Source: Muribaculaceae bacterium (GTDB lineage Bacteria; Bacteroidota; Bacteroidia; Bacteroidales; Muribaculaceae). From it: a DNA stretch of 64,000 bases. The notes beneath the pieces were generated by a model. It did not search any database. It saw nothing but the letters and a program-made list of their open reading frames with translations, and was not told the DNA's origin. Shown here piece by piece: positions 21,193-32,765 of the stretch; the stretch's first letter is position 1, and each line of letters begins with the position of its first letter. Location of the stretch: positions 1,820 to 65,819 of the forward strand of contig JAGBIJ010000022.1 in NCBI GenBank assembly GCA_017935045.1, written 5' to 3'. Position numbers and translations under genes: made by a program.

Positions 21193-22455
21193 TCAGTCTT
21201 TGAATTTCTTCATTATGAGGCAGGCGTTGTGTCCGCCGAATCCGAATGTGTTGGACAGGGCAGCGTTCACGGTGCGCTTCTGCGGCTCGTTGAAGGTAAA
21301 GTTGAGGTCGTAGTCCACCTCCGGGTCATTGTCTCCCTCGACGTGATTGATGGTGGGGGGGATGATGTCGTCGGTAATGGCTTTCACGCAGAACAGCGCC
21401 TCAACAGCTCCGGCTGCGCCGAGCAGGTGGCCGGTCATCGATTTGGTGGAGCTGAGATTCACTTTGTAAGCGTGGTCGCCGAATACTTTCTTGATGGCTT
21501 TGGCCTCGGAGATATCTCCTACGGGAGTCGAGGTGCCGTGGAGGTTGATGTAGTCGATATCCTCGGGTTTCATGCCGGCGTCTTTCAGGGCGTTCTCCAT
21601 TACCAGACAGGCGCCGAGTCCTTCGGGATGGGTGGCCGTGATATGGTAAGCGTCAGCGCTGAGACCGCCGCCTACTACTTCTGCGTAAATATGCGCGCCG
21701 CGAGCCTTGGCATGCTCATATTCTTCAAGGACGAGCGCGGCAGCTCCTTCGCCTATCACGAATCCGTCTCGGGAACCGGAGAAGGGGCGGGAAGCGCCTT
21801 CGGGATCATCGTTGCGGGTCGAGAGAGCCTTCATGGAGTTGAACCCTCCTACGCCGGCGGGGAAGACGGCAGCTTCGGCGCCGCCGGCCACGATGGCGTT
21901 GGCGTATCCCAGGCGGATATAATTGAAGGCGTCGACCAAAGCGTTGTTGGAAGATGCGCAGGCAGATACAGTACCGAAGTTGGGACCGCGGAACTCATAT
22001 TCCATAGAGATGTGTCCGGCAGCGATGTCGGCAATCATCTTGGGGATGAAGAATGGGTTGTATTTCGGGCCGCTGGCTTCGTTTTTGGCATAGTATCCCG
22101 CTTCCTCTTCAAAAGTGTGGAGACCACCGATGCCGGCGGCGAAAATTACGCCGACACGGTTCCTGTCCACGCCTTCGCCGGCGATACCCGAATCAGCCAC
22201 AGCCTCGCGGGCTGCTACCAGCGCGTACATGGCGTACAGGTCGAGCTGGCGAGCCTTCTTGCGGTCGAAGTGGTCGGCGGGGTTGAAGTCTTTTACCTCG
22301 CAGGCAAATTTAGTCTTGAACAGAGAAGCGTCGAAATGGGTAATAGGGCCGGCGCCGCTTTTGCCTTTAAGTGCGTTCTCCCATGTTTCGGCCGCACTGT
22401 TGCCGATGGGGGTAAGGGCGCCGAGGCCGGTAACCACTACTCTTTTTAATTCCAT
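21193..22455 (-). CDS. fabF: 3-oxoacyl-ACP synthase II
   Basis: RVVVTGLG, VSACASS, HGTST, KSMTGHLLGAAG and SNTFGFGGHN. Confidence 0.98.
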   Translation of the reverse strand: MELKRVVVTGLGALTPIGNSAAETWENALKGKSGAGPITHFDASLFKTKFACEVKDFNPADHFDRKKARQLDLYAMYALVAAREAVADSGIAGEGVDRNRVGVIFAAGIGGLHTFEEEAGYYAKNEASGPKYNPFFIPKMIADIAAGHISMEYEFRGPNFGTVSACASSNNALVDAFNYIRLGYANAIVAGGAEAAVFPAGVGGFNSMKALSTRNDDPEGASRPFSGSRDGFVIGEGAAALVLEEYEHAKARGAHIYAEVVGGGLSADAYHITATHPEGLGACLVMENALKDAGMKPEDIDYINLHGTSTPVGDISEAKAIKKVFGDHAYKVNLSSTKSMTGHLLGAAGAVEALFCVKAITDDIIPPTINHVEGDNDPEVDYDLNFTFNEPQKRTVNAALSNTFGFGGHNACLIMKKFKD

Positions 22456-22575
22456 AAAGGTCTGGCTATAAATACAGCGTATGCGGAGGAGCGGACGACG
22501 AGGCTTGACGGATATACCGCCTGTGGCCTCTCATCTGTCCGCCGCCCTGCAAGTGCTGTGGGATAAAGGGATGTC

Positions 22576-22812
22576 TTACTTCTTGTGAGCCTCGATGTAA
22601 GCGATAGCGTCGCCTACGGTAGCAATCTTTTCTGCTTCCTCCTCAGGGATAGTCAGGTCGAAAACTTTCTCGAACTCCATGATGAGCTCGACTGTGTCCA
22701 GGGAATCGGCACCGAGATCCTTGCTGAATTCAGCTGTTTCAATTACTTCGTTCTCGTCTACGCTGAGCTTGTCAACAATGATCTCTTTTACTTTAGATGC
22801 TATTTCAGACAT
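22576..22812 (-). CDS. acpP: Acyl carrier protein
   Basis: [14 protein letters not shown] phosphopantetheine site. Confidence 0.98.
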   Translation of the reverse strand: MSEIASKVKEIIVDKLSVDENEVIETAEFSKDLGADSLDTVELIMEFEKVFDLTIPEEEAEKIATVGDAIAYIEAHKK

Positions 22813-23124
22813 AATTCTAAAAGTTTAGTGTTATAAATTTTTCTTCAATTTTCAGAGTGCAAAGTAAACACTTATTTTTGAAATACGGAAATTTTTCCGC
22901 TATAAAAGTACTATAATCTGCACAAAAAAATCTGAAGTGTGCAATATCGGTCTGTTTCCGGCTCTGAAAATGGTGGAAAATCAGAATCAGAGGCTTCCTT
23001 CAGCCTCTGATTCTGCGGCAGACAGAAAAGCGCCGGAATCCGTCAACTGGATTCCGGCGCTCGGCTATGTAGGGCTAAATAAGTGTTAATTATTCATAAG
23101 TCAACACTATATCGGCGATGTGTT

Positions 23125-24294
23125 TTATTTCTTGATTACGGTAGTGGTCTTTGCGGGCTCGTCAAGAGTACAGATGGCTACGCGGTTCCAGCTTTCCTCC
23201 TCGAACATGTGTCCGATACCCTGGCCTTCTGCCTGGATGCGGTCAGCTGCGATGCCGTACTTGTTGATAAGTGTGTTGCGTACTGATGCAGCGCGCTCGT
23301 TGGCCAGACGGATATTGACATCTACAGGGCCGTCCTGGCTTGCGTAACCCTTGATGACAACTTTGCTCTTGGGATGGTTCTTGAGGTAAGAGGCTACAGC
23401 GGCAACGTTCGGCATCTGGGAAGCCGTGATGTTGGTTTTGCCGATTTCGAAGTTCACGTAGCGTACTGTGGAGAGCTGATCGGTGTTGGTCTTGATAACC
23501 TCGGGAGCCTTGTTGCGACATTCGGCGAGCTGGGCGGCGAGCTGGGCATTGTTGGCTTCGGACTGGGCGAGTGCTGCGGCTGCCACTCCGAGATCGTTGC
23601 GCAGACCGTTGACACGCTCGTTAAGGGCATCGATAGCTGACTGATCGTAGGGATTCACATAAGTGAAGCCATTGCCGAGGGCTACGCTTACGCCGGCCAT
23701 AAGGTTGAATGTCGCCTTGTTCACGTTGTATGCGGCGGAAGACTGGTTGACGCCGGCGTCGCTCATATTCCATGTGATCGACGGCTTGAGAGCGATGGTC
23801 ACGCGGTCGGAGGCGTGGAAGTTCAGATTGAGGCCTACTTTTGTAGCGAAGTAGTTCCAGTCGGGTACAACGTTTTTGTTCTCGAATTTATGTCCCCAGC
23901 CGGCGCCGAGTACAGCCTCGACATCGAATACGTGATTCTTTTCCTCGCCCCAGGGGGTAAAGAGGTTGACCAGGTTCACGCTACCGAACGCGCCTACATA
24001 CTGGCTGTCGAAAGCTGTAGTGCTGTGTATCTGGCCGCGCCAGGAGGAAGTATTGACGGCCCATGCGCCTTCGACACCGAGGCCGAATACGGGTGTGATC
24101 TGCTTTTTGAGGTTGAGGCCCACTACACCGCGCATGTCTCCCCAGAAAGCTGCGTGGTTGAGGGGGGTGGTAACGCCACCGTCAAGGCCTATGCTCCAGT
24201 TGTCGAAGAAACCGGGCTGTACCATAGCCTGTTGCGCATTCGCGGACATAAGACCGCCGGCTATAAGAGCGGCTGTAAGTAACATCTTTTTCAT
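23125..24294 (-). CDS. OmpA family outer membrane protein
   Basis: Signal peptide, beta-barrel N-domain, coiled linker, OmpA C-domain (IKGYAS...N.RLANERA). Confidence 0.93.
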   Translation of the reverse strand: MKKMLLTAALIAGGLMSANAQQAMVQPGFFDNWSIGLDGGVTTPLNHAAFWGDMRGVVGLNLKKQITPVFGLGVEGAWAVNTSSWRGQIHSTTAFDSQYVGAFGSVNLVNLFTPWGEEKNHVFDVEAVLGAGWGHKFENKNVVPDWNYFATKVGLNLNFHASDRVTIALKPSITWNMSDAGVNQSSAAYNVNKATFNLMAGVSVALGNGFTYVNPYDQSAIDALNERVNGLRNDLGVAAAALAQSEANNAQLAAQLAECRNKAPEVIKTNTDQLSTVRYVNFEIGKTNITASQMPNVAAVASYLKNHPKSKVVIKGYASQDGPVDVNIRLANERAASVRNTLINKYGIAADRIQAEGQGIGHMFEEESWNRVAICTLDEPAKTTTVIKK

Positions 24295-24383
24295 AATATT
24301 ATCCTTGTTTAATTATTAGTATTTTTGTTTCATAGTATATGTTAAACGCAGTTGTATGTAAAAAGGTTTGAAAATACAATAAA

Positions 24384-27032
24384 TTATTTACCCGTCAGCA
24401 GGGATTTCAGATTGTTGAGGGTCTGGAGCGCCTGCAGAGGGGTAAGGTTGTCGATGTCCAGGCCGAGCAGGCTGTCGCGTATCTGTGATAGCAGAGGGTC
24501 GTCGAGCTGGAAGAAAGAAAGCTGGTAGCCGTCGGCTCCCCCGGCTCCGGGCGACAGAGCTCCTGTATCCGGTTTGCCGCTGCGCGGCGCCGCTTCATTG
24601 CCGACTGCATCGGGGCCTTTGGCTCCCGCCTGCTCAAGTTGCGACAGTACCTGGGTAGCCCTGCGGACTATGCCTTTGGGTAGTCCGGCCAGCCGGGCTA
24701 CATGTATGCCGAAGCTGTGTTCGGAGCCTCCTTTGCGCAATTTGCGGACGAATATCACTTTGCCGTCGCGCTCATCGACGGCCACATGGTAATTGACCAC
24801 GCGCTCGTAGAGCTTTTCCATCTCGTTAAGCTCGTGGTAATGGGTGGCAAAGAGGGTTTTGGGCCGGGCCGTCGTGTTCTGATGTATATGCTCCACGATG
24901 GCCCAGGCTATGGATATGCCGTCGTATGTCGAGGTGCCGCGTCCCAGTTCATCGAAAAGCACGAGTGAGCGGGCCGACATATTGTTGAGGATAGAGGCGG
25001 CCTCGTTCATCTCGACCATGAATGTCGACTCGCCGGAGGAGATGTTGTCAGACGCTCCCACGCGAGTAAATATTTTGTCTACCAGACCGATGCTGGCGGC
25101 ATCGGCCGGCACGAAGCTTCCGGCCTGCGCCATGAGGGTAATCAGGGCGGTCTGGCGCAGCAGGGCTGACTTGCCGCTCATGTTGGGACCCGTAATCATC
25201 ATTATCTGCTGGGTGTCGGAGTCGAGTGTCAGCGAATTGGATATGTACGGTTCGCCGGGGGGCAGCCGCCTTTCGATTACCGGGTGGCGCCCCTCGGTAA
25301 TCTGTATGCGCATCGAGTCATTGACCTCCGGACGGCAATAGCGGTAGTCTTCTGCCGCCTGGGTATAGGAGAGCAGACAGTCTATGCGGGCCGCGGCAGC
25401 GGCGTCGGCCTGGATGGCGCGTATATGCTCGCCGACGAGGTGCACCATATCGTTGAAGATACGGGTCTCAAGTTCGGATATCCGTTCCTGCGCTCCGAGA
25501 ATCTTCTGTTCGTATTCCTTGAGTTCGGGTGTCACGTAGCGTTCGGCGTTGACCAGGGTCTGCTTGCGTATCCATTCGGGCGGGACCTTGTCCTTATGGG
25601 TATTGCGCACTTCGATGTAATATCCGAATACATTGTTGAAGCTGACTTTGAGCGATGATATGCCGGTAGCCTGGATTTCGCGTTGCACAAGCTCGTCAAG
25701 ATAGCGCTTGGCATTGGTGGCTATGTCGCGCAGGTCGTCGAGTTCGCTGTCGACACCGGGATTCACAAAATTCCCTCGTGATAGTTGCGAGGGGGAATCG
25801 TCGTTGAGCGTGCGGCCCAGAGTCTCAGCCAGTTCGTCGCACAGGTCCATGCGGTCGCCCAGGCGGCGCAGACCGGCGCAGGAGCTGAGCATGCACTGCT
25901 GCTTTACGGGCTGCAGGGCCAGCAGAGCATTCTTGAGCTGCACGAGCTCGCGTGGCGTGACGCGGCCTACGGCGGCTTTGGAGACGATGCGCTCCAGGTC
26001 TCCTACAGTCTCGATACGGTCACGCAGGGCATGGCGCGTGTCGGGGTGGCGGAAGAAATATTCCACTACGTCCAGGCGCCCGTTGATTGCATCGACATCG
26101 CGCAGAGGAAACAGTATCCAGCGACGCAGCAGACGCGCGCCCATGGGCGAGACTGTCTTGTCGAGTATGTCGATGAGGCTTTTGCCGTCTTCCCCCATCG
26201 GATGCACCAGCTCCAGGTTGCGCACAGTGAATCGGTCGAGTCTTACATATTTGTCTTCGTCGATACGGCTCAGCGAGGTAATATGGCCTATGTCGGGATG
26301 CCGTGTGATGTCCAGATAATGGAGCAGCGAGCCGGCCGCGATAATGGCGTCGGGCATGCGGTCCACACCGAAGCCTTTCAGATTTTTTGTCTCAAAATGC
26401 TGGAGCAGACGTTCTACAGCTGCGTCGCGTGTGAAAATCCAGTCGTCAAGTTCAAACAGGAAATACTTGCCCTTGAATGTCTGCTCGGCGCGCTGGCGCA
26501 TGCCGCGCATTATGAGTAGCTCTTTGGGCGCTATGCCTGACAGCAATTTGTCGATATAGTCGGTGTCTCCCTCGGCACACAGATATTCTCCCGTGCTGAT
26601 GTCCAGAAAGGCAACGCCGGTATTTTTCACGCCGAAATATACTCCGGCCAGAAAGTTGTTTTCGTTGCCGGTCAGGATTGAGTCGCTGATGTTGACGCCG
26701 GGTGTTACCAGCTCGGTAATGTCTCTCTTTACCAGCTTTTTGGTCAGCTTCGGGTCCTCCAGTTGCTCGCAGATGGCTACTCTTTTGCCGGCTCTGATGA
26801 GTTTGGGCAGATAGGTGTCGAGCGCATGGTGGGGGAACCCGGCCAGCTCTACGTGCATAGCTTTGCCGTTGGCGCGGCGTGTCAGGGTTATGCCGAGGAT
26901 TTCCGATGCCGTGACGGCATCCTCGCAGAAAGTCTCGTAGAAGTCTCCTACGCGGAACAGAAGTACGGCGTCGGGATGCTTGCGCTTCATCTCGCCGTAT
27001 TGCTTCATAAGCGGAGTCTCGGCTACCTTCAT
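24384..27032 (-). CDS. mutS: DNA mismatch repair protein MutS
   Basis: [26 protein letters not shown] and FATHYHEL. Confidence 0.98.
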   Translation of the reverse strand: MKVAETPLMKQYGEMKRKHPDAVLLFRVGDFYETFCEDAVTASEILGITLTRRANGKAMHVELAGFPHHALDTYLPKLIRAGKRVAICEQLEDPKLTKKLVKRDITELVTPGVNISDSILTGNENNFLAGVYFGVKNTGVAFLDISTGEYLCAEGDTDYIDKLLSGIAPKELLIMRGMRQRAEQTFKGKYFLFELDDWIFTRDAAVERLLQHFETKNLKGFGVDRMPDAIIAAGSLLHYLDITRHPDIGHITSLSRIDEDKYVRLDRFTVRNLELVHPMGEDGKSLIDILDKTVSPMGARLLRRWILFPLRDVDAINGRLDVVEYFFRHPDTRHALRDRIETVGDLERIVSKAAVGRVTPRELVQLKNALLALQPVKQQCMLSSCAGLRRLGDRMDLCDELAETLGRTLNDDSPSQLSRGNFVNPGVDSELDDLRDIATNAKRYLDELVQREIQATGISSLKVSFNNVFGYYIEVRNTHKDKVPPEWIRKQTLVNAERYVTPELKEYEQKILGAQERISELETRIFNDMVHLVGEHIRAIQADAAAAARIDCLLSYTQAAEDYRYCRPEVNDSMRIQITEGRHPVIERRLPPGEPYISNSLTLDSDTQQIMMITGPNMSGKSALLRQTALITLMAQAGSFVPADAASIGLVDKIFTRVGASDNISSGESTFMVEMNEAASILNNMSARSLVLFDELGRGTSTYDGISIAWAIVEHIHQNTTARPKTLFATHYHELNEMEKLYERVVNYHVAVDERDGKVIFVRKLRKGGSEHSFGIHVARLAGLPKGIVRRATQVLSQLEQAGAKGPDAVGNEAAPRSGKPDTGALSPGAGGADGYQLSFFQLDDPLLSQIRDSLLGLDIDNLTPLQALQTLNNLKSLLTGK

Positions 27033-28414
27033 GCCTGACGCGAATAACGTATCTGTGCCTTGCGTGTCACGTACCAGCGGCCGTCTTCAAAGATAGCTGT
27101 ACCCGAGGTCTCGTTGATGATTGCGTCTACGCCGCGGGTATTCTGCAGATTGCGTCCGTAGCAGGCTGTGGCCAGGAAGTCCTGCGGCATGGATAGCGCC
27201 ATGTCGTGGACGGCGGCGTTGTCGATGACGGAGAATGAACCTGACACGCCGTCGGTGGTAACGAGTCTGAATATTGAGTTGCCGGGGTTGTAACGGGCGT
27301 CGGCGCGCACAAACACACCGTCGAGGTTGGCCTGGGCCAGATAAATGATATGGGCCGGACCCTGTGTGCGGCTGCCGGGGGTATAGCGGGTGGCGCGGCG
27401 CGTGTGTGCCTCGCCGAGCTGCTCGCGCAGGCTCTCGACCTCGGCGCGCAGCTGTTCTATCTCGCGGTCCCGGGCCGAACGCGGTGTCTCGCGGCGCGGG
27501 GCGGCAGGCTCCGGAGCAGGCTCGCTGTAAGCGGAGTATGCGGCGAAAGGCGATTCCTCCTCGGGGTCTGACTGTACCGTGTATGCGCGGCTGTCGCGTG
27601 GCTGGCGTTCAGGCTGGAAGCGGCGCCGTTCGTCCCGCTCGTGGCGTTCCTGGCGCTCGCGGTATTCATCCTCGTCACGACGGTCGTAATCCTCGGCCTG
27701 ACGCGCTCTGTTGCGCTTCATGACATTGAGGGCGTAGGCTACGAGACCGACCACAACGAGTACGAGGACACATAGTATGATGATGGCCGATGTATTTGAT
27801 GAGGATTTCTCCGGTTCCACTTCGGCGGGCGTGATGGCCTCTACCGGCACTTCTACGGCTTCCACGGCGGTATCGGCCGGTACCTCCACAAGAGTGGACA
27901 TAGGATCCTCGGCCGGCTGTTCCGCAGTCTGCCGCTCCTCAGTTTTCTTTTCTTCTGTTGTAGCCGGCTGTTGCTCCTTTGTCTCGGCCGGCTGGTCCGC
28001 CGGTTCGGGTTTTGTTTCGGCAACGGTTACGGCTATTTTGCTTATTTCAGCCGCAGCTTTGGCTTTGCACGCTCCTTTGGCGTTGAACTGCAGGGTCTTG
28101 TTGGCGAAGAAGGTGTCTTTCCAGAACTTGTTGAATTGCTCTTTGTCCCACTTTGAGTATTCACTTTCCGGCGGGATGGAAATCTGCTGCAGGGTGCGGA
28201 GATTGTTTTTCTCCTTTTCTTTGAGTACGCTCTGCAGGTCGGCTGTGGAGCCGGGATTCTTGTCATCGAGGTACCCTGACCCATTGTTCATGTATCGCAG
28301 ACAGTATTTGTAAGCTATTGCCTTGGCCTTATCCATCTGTTCACGTGTAGCGCCGAAGGCTACGGGAGTACAGAAGATGGCCAACAGTGTCAGTATGTAT
28401 GGAAAGCGTTTCAT
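27029..28414 (-). CDS. Hypothetical single-pass membrane protein
   Basis: Signal peptide, helical domain, Glu/Pro linker, [22 protein letters not shown], charged coiled coil and globular C-terminal domain; ATGA overlap with mutS. Confidence 0.8.
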   Translation of the reverse strand: MKRFPYILTLLAIFCTPVAFGATREQMDKAKAIAYKYCLRYMNNGSGYLDDKNPGSTADLQSVLKEKEKNNLRTLQQISIPPESEYSKWDKEQFNKFWKDTFFANKTLQFNAKGACKAKAAAEISKIAVTVAETKPEPADQPAETKEQQPATTEEKKTEERQTAEQPAEDPMSTLVEVPADTAVEAVEVPVEAITPAEVEPEKSSSNTSAIIILCVLVLVVVGLVAYALNVMKRNRARQAEDYDRRDEDEYRERQERHERDERRRFQPERQPRDSRAYTVQSDPEEESPFAAYSAYSEPAPEPAAPRRETPRSARDREIEQLRAEVESLREQLGEAHTRRATRYTPGSRTQGPAHIIYLAQANLDGVFVRADARYNPGNSIFRLVTTDGVSGSFSVIDNAAVHDMALSMPQDFLATACYGRNLQNTRGVDAIINETSGTAIFEDGRWYVTRKAQIRYSRQA

Positions 28415-28547
28415 AAGAATGTACGTATATATAAGAGCCGGCGGACCGGACCGCTATGGGGCATAGTCGCCAAATGTAACGCAAAATTAGAAAAAAAATG
28501 CTGTCCGTCCAAGTCTCCGGATTAAAATTGTGAAGACTGGCGCATAT

Positions 28548-29483
28548 TCAGTCTACGTGTTGGCGGAAATGGGGGTGGTGAAGCAGCAGCTCTTTGCGCA
28601 GGTGCGAGCGATCGAGATGTACGTAAAGCTCGGTGGTGGCGAGGCTTTCGTGGCCGAGCATCTCCTGGATGGCACGCAGGTTGGCGCCCCCTTCGAGCAG
28701 ATGGGTGGCGAAACTGTGGCGCAGTGTATGGGGGCTTACGGTCTTGGTAATTCCGGCGGCGGCAGCCGCATCGCGTATGATGTAGAAGACCATGATACGC
28801 GACAGAGCGCCTCCCCGGCGGTTGAGAAACAGAAGATGTCCGCTTTCAGGCTTGATGACGGGGAGGTCGGCACGCTCGTCAAGCCATAGCCGAATTTCGG
28901 CTGCGGCGACGGGAGAGAGCGGTACCATGCGCTGCTTGGAGCCCTTGCCGTCGACTATCAGGTATTCCTCCTCCAGATTGACATGCCCCAGCGGCAGGCT
29001 TACCAGTTCGCTGACACGCAGTCCGCTGCCATACAGAGTCTCGGCTATGGCTCGGTTGCGCCGGCCTTCGCGCTTGGTCATGTCTATGGCGGCCACCAGG
29101 GTGTCAATCTCTTCGCGGGTCAGAACATCGGGCAGACGTGTGCCGCGCGTAGGAGCGTCTATGAGTTCTACGGGATCATCGGCTATGTAGCCCTCCATGC
29201 GTAAAAACTGGAAATACGCCCGCAGCCCTGCCAGCATGCGGGCCTGTGAGCGGGTGCCTATGCCCATGTCGTGGATTATGCACAGCAATCCTTCGATGTC
29301 TGCCCGGCGGCAGCTCTCGAGGCGTATGCCGCGCTCGTCGAGATATGTGAGCAGATGGCGCACATCTGTAGAGTAGGCCGCCAGGGTATGTGGACTGAAT
29401 CCGCGCTCCAGCAGAAGGTAGTCGGTAAAGTCGGTAACCGTTTTGTCGATGTCGGTCAGAGGACGCAGAGGTCTGTCTGTCAT
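28548..29483 (-). CDS. xerD: Site-specific tyrosine recombinase XerD-like
   Basis: LYGSGLRVSEL, GKGSKQR, HTLRHSFATHLL and LGHESLATTELY. Confidence 0.88.
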   Translation of the reverse strand: MTDRPLRPLTDIDKTVTDFTDYLLLERGFSPHTLAAYSTDVRHLLTYLDERGIRLESCRRADIEGLLCIIHDMGIGTRSQARMLAGLRAYFQFLRMEGYIADDPVELIDAPTRGTRLPDVLTREEIDTLVAAIDMTKREGRRNRAIAETLYGSGLRVSELVSLPLGHVNLEEEYLIVDGKGSKQRMVPLSPVAAAEIRLWLDERADLPVIKPESGHLLFLNRRGGALSRIMVFYIIRDAAAAAGITKTVSPHTLRHSFATHLLEGGANLRAIQEMLGHESLATTELYVHLDRSHLRKELLLHHPHFRQHVD

Positions 29484-30043
29484 ATCATGCGGATATCGGT
29501 ATAGTTCAGACGCTCGGCATCGTCGCTTATGATTACTGCAATGTCTTTATCGGCGAAAATCCATCCTCCTCTGACTTGATTCATAGCTTCGTCCAGCACG
29601 GCGGGACAGACACGCAGGTTTCTTATTACAAGCATATTGCCGCTGTCCAGCAGATGGGCAGGCATGTCTTGCCGCAGCTCCGATGAAGTCAATATTGTCA
29701 TGGTGCGGAGAGAACCGCGGGTTTTGCTGCCGCAGGTGGCGACGGTAACGCGGGTGTCTGCCAGACGCAGGGATTCAGTCAGGCGCCTGTCGGCGCTTTC
29801 GCTCAGCAGGATATGATGCGGCGCGAGGCGTGCCACCATACGGAACAGCATGGAGTATTCGCGCCGGGCGGCGCGGGGAAGGCCGTCGATAAGCCGGGAC
29901 AGCCGCGCTGAAGCATAGTAGCAGCCCTTTGCCGACACCACGTCGCGCACAAACCGGTAGGCGAAAGGAGAGTGTACGCCGAATCCCTTGCTGTGGCGCC
30001 AGCGGCGGTAGCCGGCCGATATGGATGAAAAGGGCTGCATCAC
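29480..30043 (-). CDS. Conserved hypothetical protein (N-terminus like Bacteroidetes SAM-methyltransferase-related proteins)
   Basis: RHSKGFGVHSPFAYRFV motif; coupled to xerD. Confidence 0.65.
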   Translation of the reverse strand: MMQPFSSISAGYRRWRHSKGFGVHSPFAYRFVRDVVSAKGCYYASARLSRLIDGLPRAARREYSMLFRMVARLAPHHILLSESADRRLTESLRLADTRVTVATCGSKTRGSLRTMTILTSSELRQDMPAHLLDSGNMLVIRNLRVCPAVLDEAMNQVRGGWIFADKDIAVIISDDAERLNYTDIRMI

Positions 30044-30054
30044 TATTGTTTGCT

Positions 30055-32613
30055 TTACTTCAGTTCCTCTTGTTCGGCCGGCGTCATCCGCGCTTTTCTC
30101 ACGGATACGAACCAGAACGCCAATGCCGCGCCCATGATGATATAGATCGCTATGACTGCGGCCACGCTGAGCGAGTTGGTCACGGCAAGACTCTGCGGAT
30201 TGAATGAGAAGACTATGTCGTGGTCTCCGGCCGGCACCCGCAAGGCGCGCAGCACGTAGTTGACGCGCGATATCGGCGCCTCTTTGCCGTCGATGGTGGC
30301 TTTCCAGCCCCAGGGAAAATAAATCTCGCTGAACACAACCACGCCATCCTTGGCGGAATGTGTGCGGTAAGTCAGCTTGTTGGGAGCGTAGGAAGTTTCC
30401 TTGACAGTGGCGGTGGAGTCAGCCGATGCTTTGCCCAGGACGGAGGCATACTGCTTGTTGGCTACCGCCGTGGTGGCGGTGTTGAGGCTGTCGAGAGCCG
30501 CCATTTCTGCATTGTCGTCGGCAACATAACGCAGGTCGCTTACCCACCAGGCGTTGCCCAAAGCTCCGGGATTTCTCTGCGCCATCCATACCTCGTTGCC
30601 TGCTGGGTCGAGCGCGGGCTGACCCTGGGCATCGGTGGCGCGACCCATGATATACTTGGTGTTGAGCATATTGAGTACCCCTTCGTTGTTCCTCGATATC
30701 TGCTTTTCGATGAGATCATTGTATCGGGTAAGTTTCGCGGCGTGGTAGCCTCCGATGGTTTTGTGGAAATACGACGAACGTGCCGATGCAAATCCGTCAA
30801 GGTCAAGCACGCGGAAGTTGGGGTCTTTGTCTTTGAGTATCTCTATGTCCGCAGAATTGGGTTCGAAGCTGGCTTCTGAAGCAGCCTCGTCCACGAAATT
30901 CTCGGAATTGACATAGCGCTTGTTGACGGCGAAAAGGTCGACAAGGCATATTACCAGTACCGCGCCGACCATAGCGTGGACGTTGCGCAGTGTGCCCTTG
31001 ATGTAGAGCCATACCACTGCGGAGCCGCACAGCAGGAAGATAAGCGAGCGCAGGGCGTCGGAGCGTACCATCCCGAGGCGCAGCTCCTTGACGGCCTGTA
31101 TGATACCCGCGTATTCCGGCGCCTGGAATATGCCGGCTTCGCGCAGTTGCTCGGTCTCGGCCACAGACAGTCCGTTGCCCATCAGCGAGGGGAAGGCCAT
31201 GAGCAATGCGCATAGGAGCGCGCATGCTCCGAAGACGTAGGATGCGATGCGAGCCAGATCGTCGCGCTGGCGTGCCGCTTGCCTGGCGTCGGCCGGCACG
31301 GCTTGGCCGGTGCAGATGTCTATGATGCGCGTCAGAGCCATCATGGCCAGCACAGGTATGGTAAACTCGGCTATCACAAGGATGCTGGATACTGTGCGGA
31401 ATCGGTCGTAGCCTGGGAAATAGTCTACAAAGAAGCGTGACAGTGACTCGAAATTATGCCCCCATGCAAGCAGAATGGAGAGTATGCTTACGGCAAACAG
31501 ACACCACTTCAGCGGTCCGCGGCAGATGAACATGGCCAGCACGGCCAAAGCCAGCACAAAGGCTCCGACATATACCGGTCCGTTGGTCATCGGCTGGTCT
31601 CCGAAATACTGGTTGAACTGGCCTACCACCTGGTTTTCTTCATACGACAGACCGGTGTCGGCGCTCTCCGGCAGGTCAGTCAGGCTTTTAGGCATATTCA
31701 TGCCGCCGACGGGCTTGAGTGTGGCGCCTCCCTTGGCATTGGGTACGAGCAGAGTCATTGTCTCGTCGCCGCCGTAGCTCCACGCTGTGATATAGTCGAA
31801 GTCGGCGCCTTGGGCAGGAGCCTGTTCGCCCGAGGTCAGATAAGTTGCCCGGCCGCGTACCGTCTCTTTGGCATATTGCGCCGTATTGTATAGGCTTGCG
31901 CTGTTGGCGGCTACGGCCAGTATGGCGGCTCCGGTCAGGCATGCGGTGGCTATGCCCCAGCTCTTCAGTTTTTTTGCCTTGAAAGCGGAGATGAATGTGG
32001 CTGCCATCAGAGCAAGGATTACGAAACAGAAGTAGTAGGTCATCTGGATGTGGTTGGACATCAGCTGCAGCGCTCCGAACAGAGCCGCCAGAGCTGTGCC
32101 TCCCAGATATTTGCCTCTGTAGCACAGCCAGATTCCGCCTAATGTGGGAGGTATGTAGGCCAAAGTGATGAATTTCCATATATGGCCGGCTCCGATGATG
32201 ATGATGAAATATGTGGAGAAGCCCCACGCTATTGCGCCGAACAAGGCCACATACCAGCGCATGCGCATGCACAGGCCCATGATGAAGAAGCCGGTCATCA
32301 TGATGAACAGCAGGTTGGCAGGCGCCGGCAGCCATAGCTGATAAGCTTGCGCTATCCAGTTGAGCAGCGGAGCCGAGGCATAGCTGGGCGCAATCTGGAA
32401 ATTGGGCATACCGGAGAACAGGGAGTTGGTCCAGCGTGTCGTCTCTCCGGTATTTTCGTGAAATTCCTTGCCCTCCTGGCCGTTGGCTATGCCTTGTTGC
32501 ATATCATGCTGCTGCAGCGCCCGCCCGTCCAGGTCGTCGGGATAGAAAAACAGCACGGCCGTAAGCGCCATCAGTACTACTGCCAGAGCGCAGTACATGT
32601 ATTTCTTCATCAT
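30055..32613 (-). CDS. YfhO family membrane protein (GT-C-like)
   Basis: Many TMs; WTNSLFSGMP, NHIQMTYY, GGYHAAKL and FSEIYFPWGW. Confidence 0.9.
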   Translation of the reverse strand: MMKKYMYCALAVVLMALTAVLFFYPDDLDGRALQQHDMQQGIANGQEGKEFHENTGETTRWTNSLFSGMPNFQIAPSYASAPLLNWIAQAYQLWLPAPANLLFIMMTGFFIMGLCMRMRWYVALFGAIAWGFSTYFIIIIGAGHIWKFITLAYIPPTLGGIWLCYRGKYLGGTALAALFGALQLMSNHIQMTYYFCFVILALMAATFISAFKAKKLKSWGIATACLTGAAILAVAANSASLYNTAQYAKETVRGRATYLTSGEQAPAQGADFDYITAWSYGGDETMTLLVPNAKGGATLKPVGGMNMPKSLTDLPESADTGLSYEENQVVGQFNQYFGDQPMTNGPVYVGAFVLALAVLAMFICRGPLKWCLFAVSILSILLAWGHNFESLSRFFVDYFPGYDRFRTVSSILVIAEFTIPVLAMMALTRIIDICTGQAVPADARQAARQRDDLARIASYVFGACALLCALLMAFPSLMGNGLSVAETEQLREAGIFQAPEYAGIIQAVKELRLGMVRSDALRSLIFLLCGSAVVWLYIKGTLRNVHAMVGAVLVICLVDLFAVNKRYVNSENFVDEAASEASFEPNSADIEILKDKDPNFRVLDLDGFASARSSYFHKTIGGYHAAKLTRYNDLIEKQISRNNEGVLNMLNTKYIMGRATDAQGQPALDPAGNEVWMAQRNPGALGNAWWVSDLRYVADDNAEMAALDSLNTATTAVANKQYASVLGKASADSTATVKETSYAPNKLTYRTHSAKDGVVVFSEIYFPWGWKATIDGKEAPISRVNYVLRALRVPAGDHDIVFSFNPQSLAVTNSLSVAAVIAIYIIMGAALAFWFVSVRKARMTPAEQEELK

Positions 32614-32765
32614 CTTTGTCTTTTAAGAGATAGGTTAAATCGATAGTAAGTGTCTGAGGCCACTTACTTAACGTCGGGATAATAGCAAAAATTATACCCG
32701 GCCAGGCGCCGGCGTATCACAGGGCCTGGACGGGTATTGTGCGATTGTACGGTGTCGCCGTAGTG

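Noticed and set aside
28548-29483. Tyrosine recombinase as the integrase of a mobile element
   Set aside because: Length and motifs are those of chromosomal XerD; it is embedded in a housekeeping operon and not next to a tRNA or att site.
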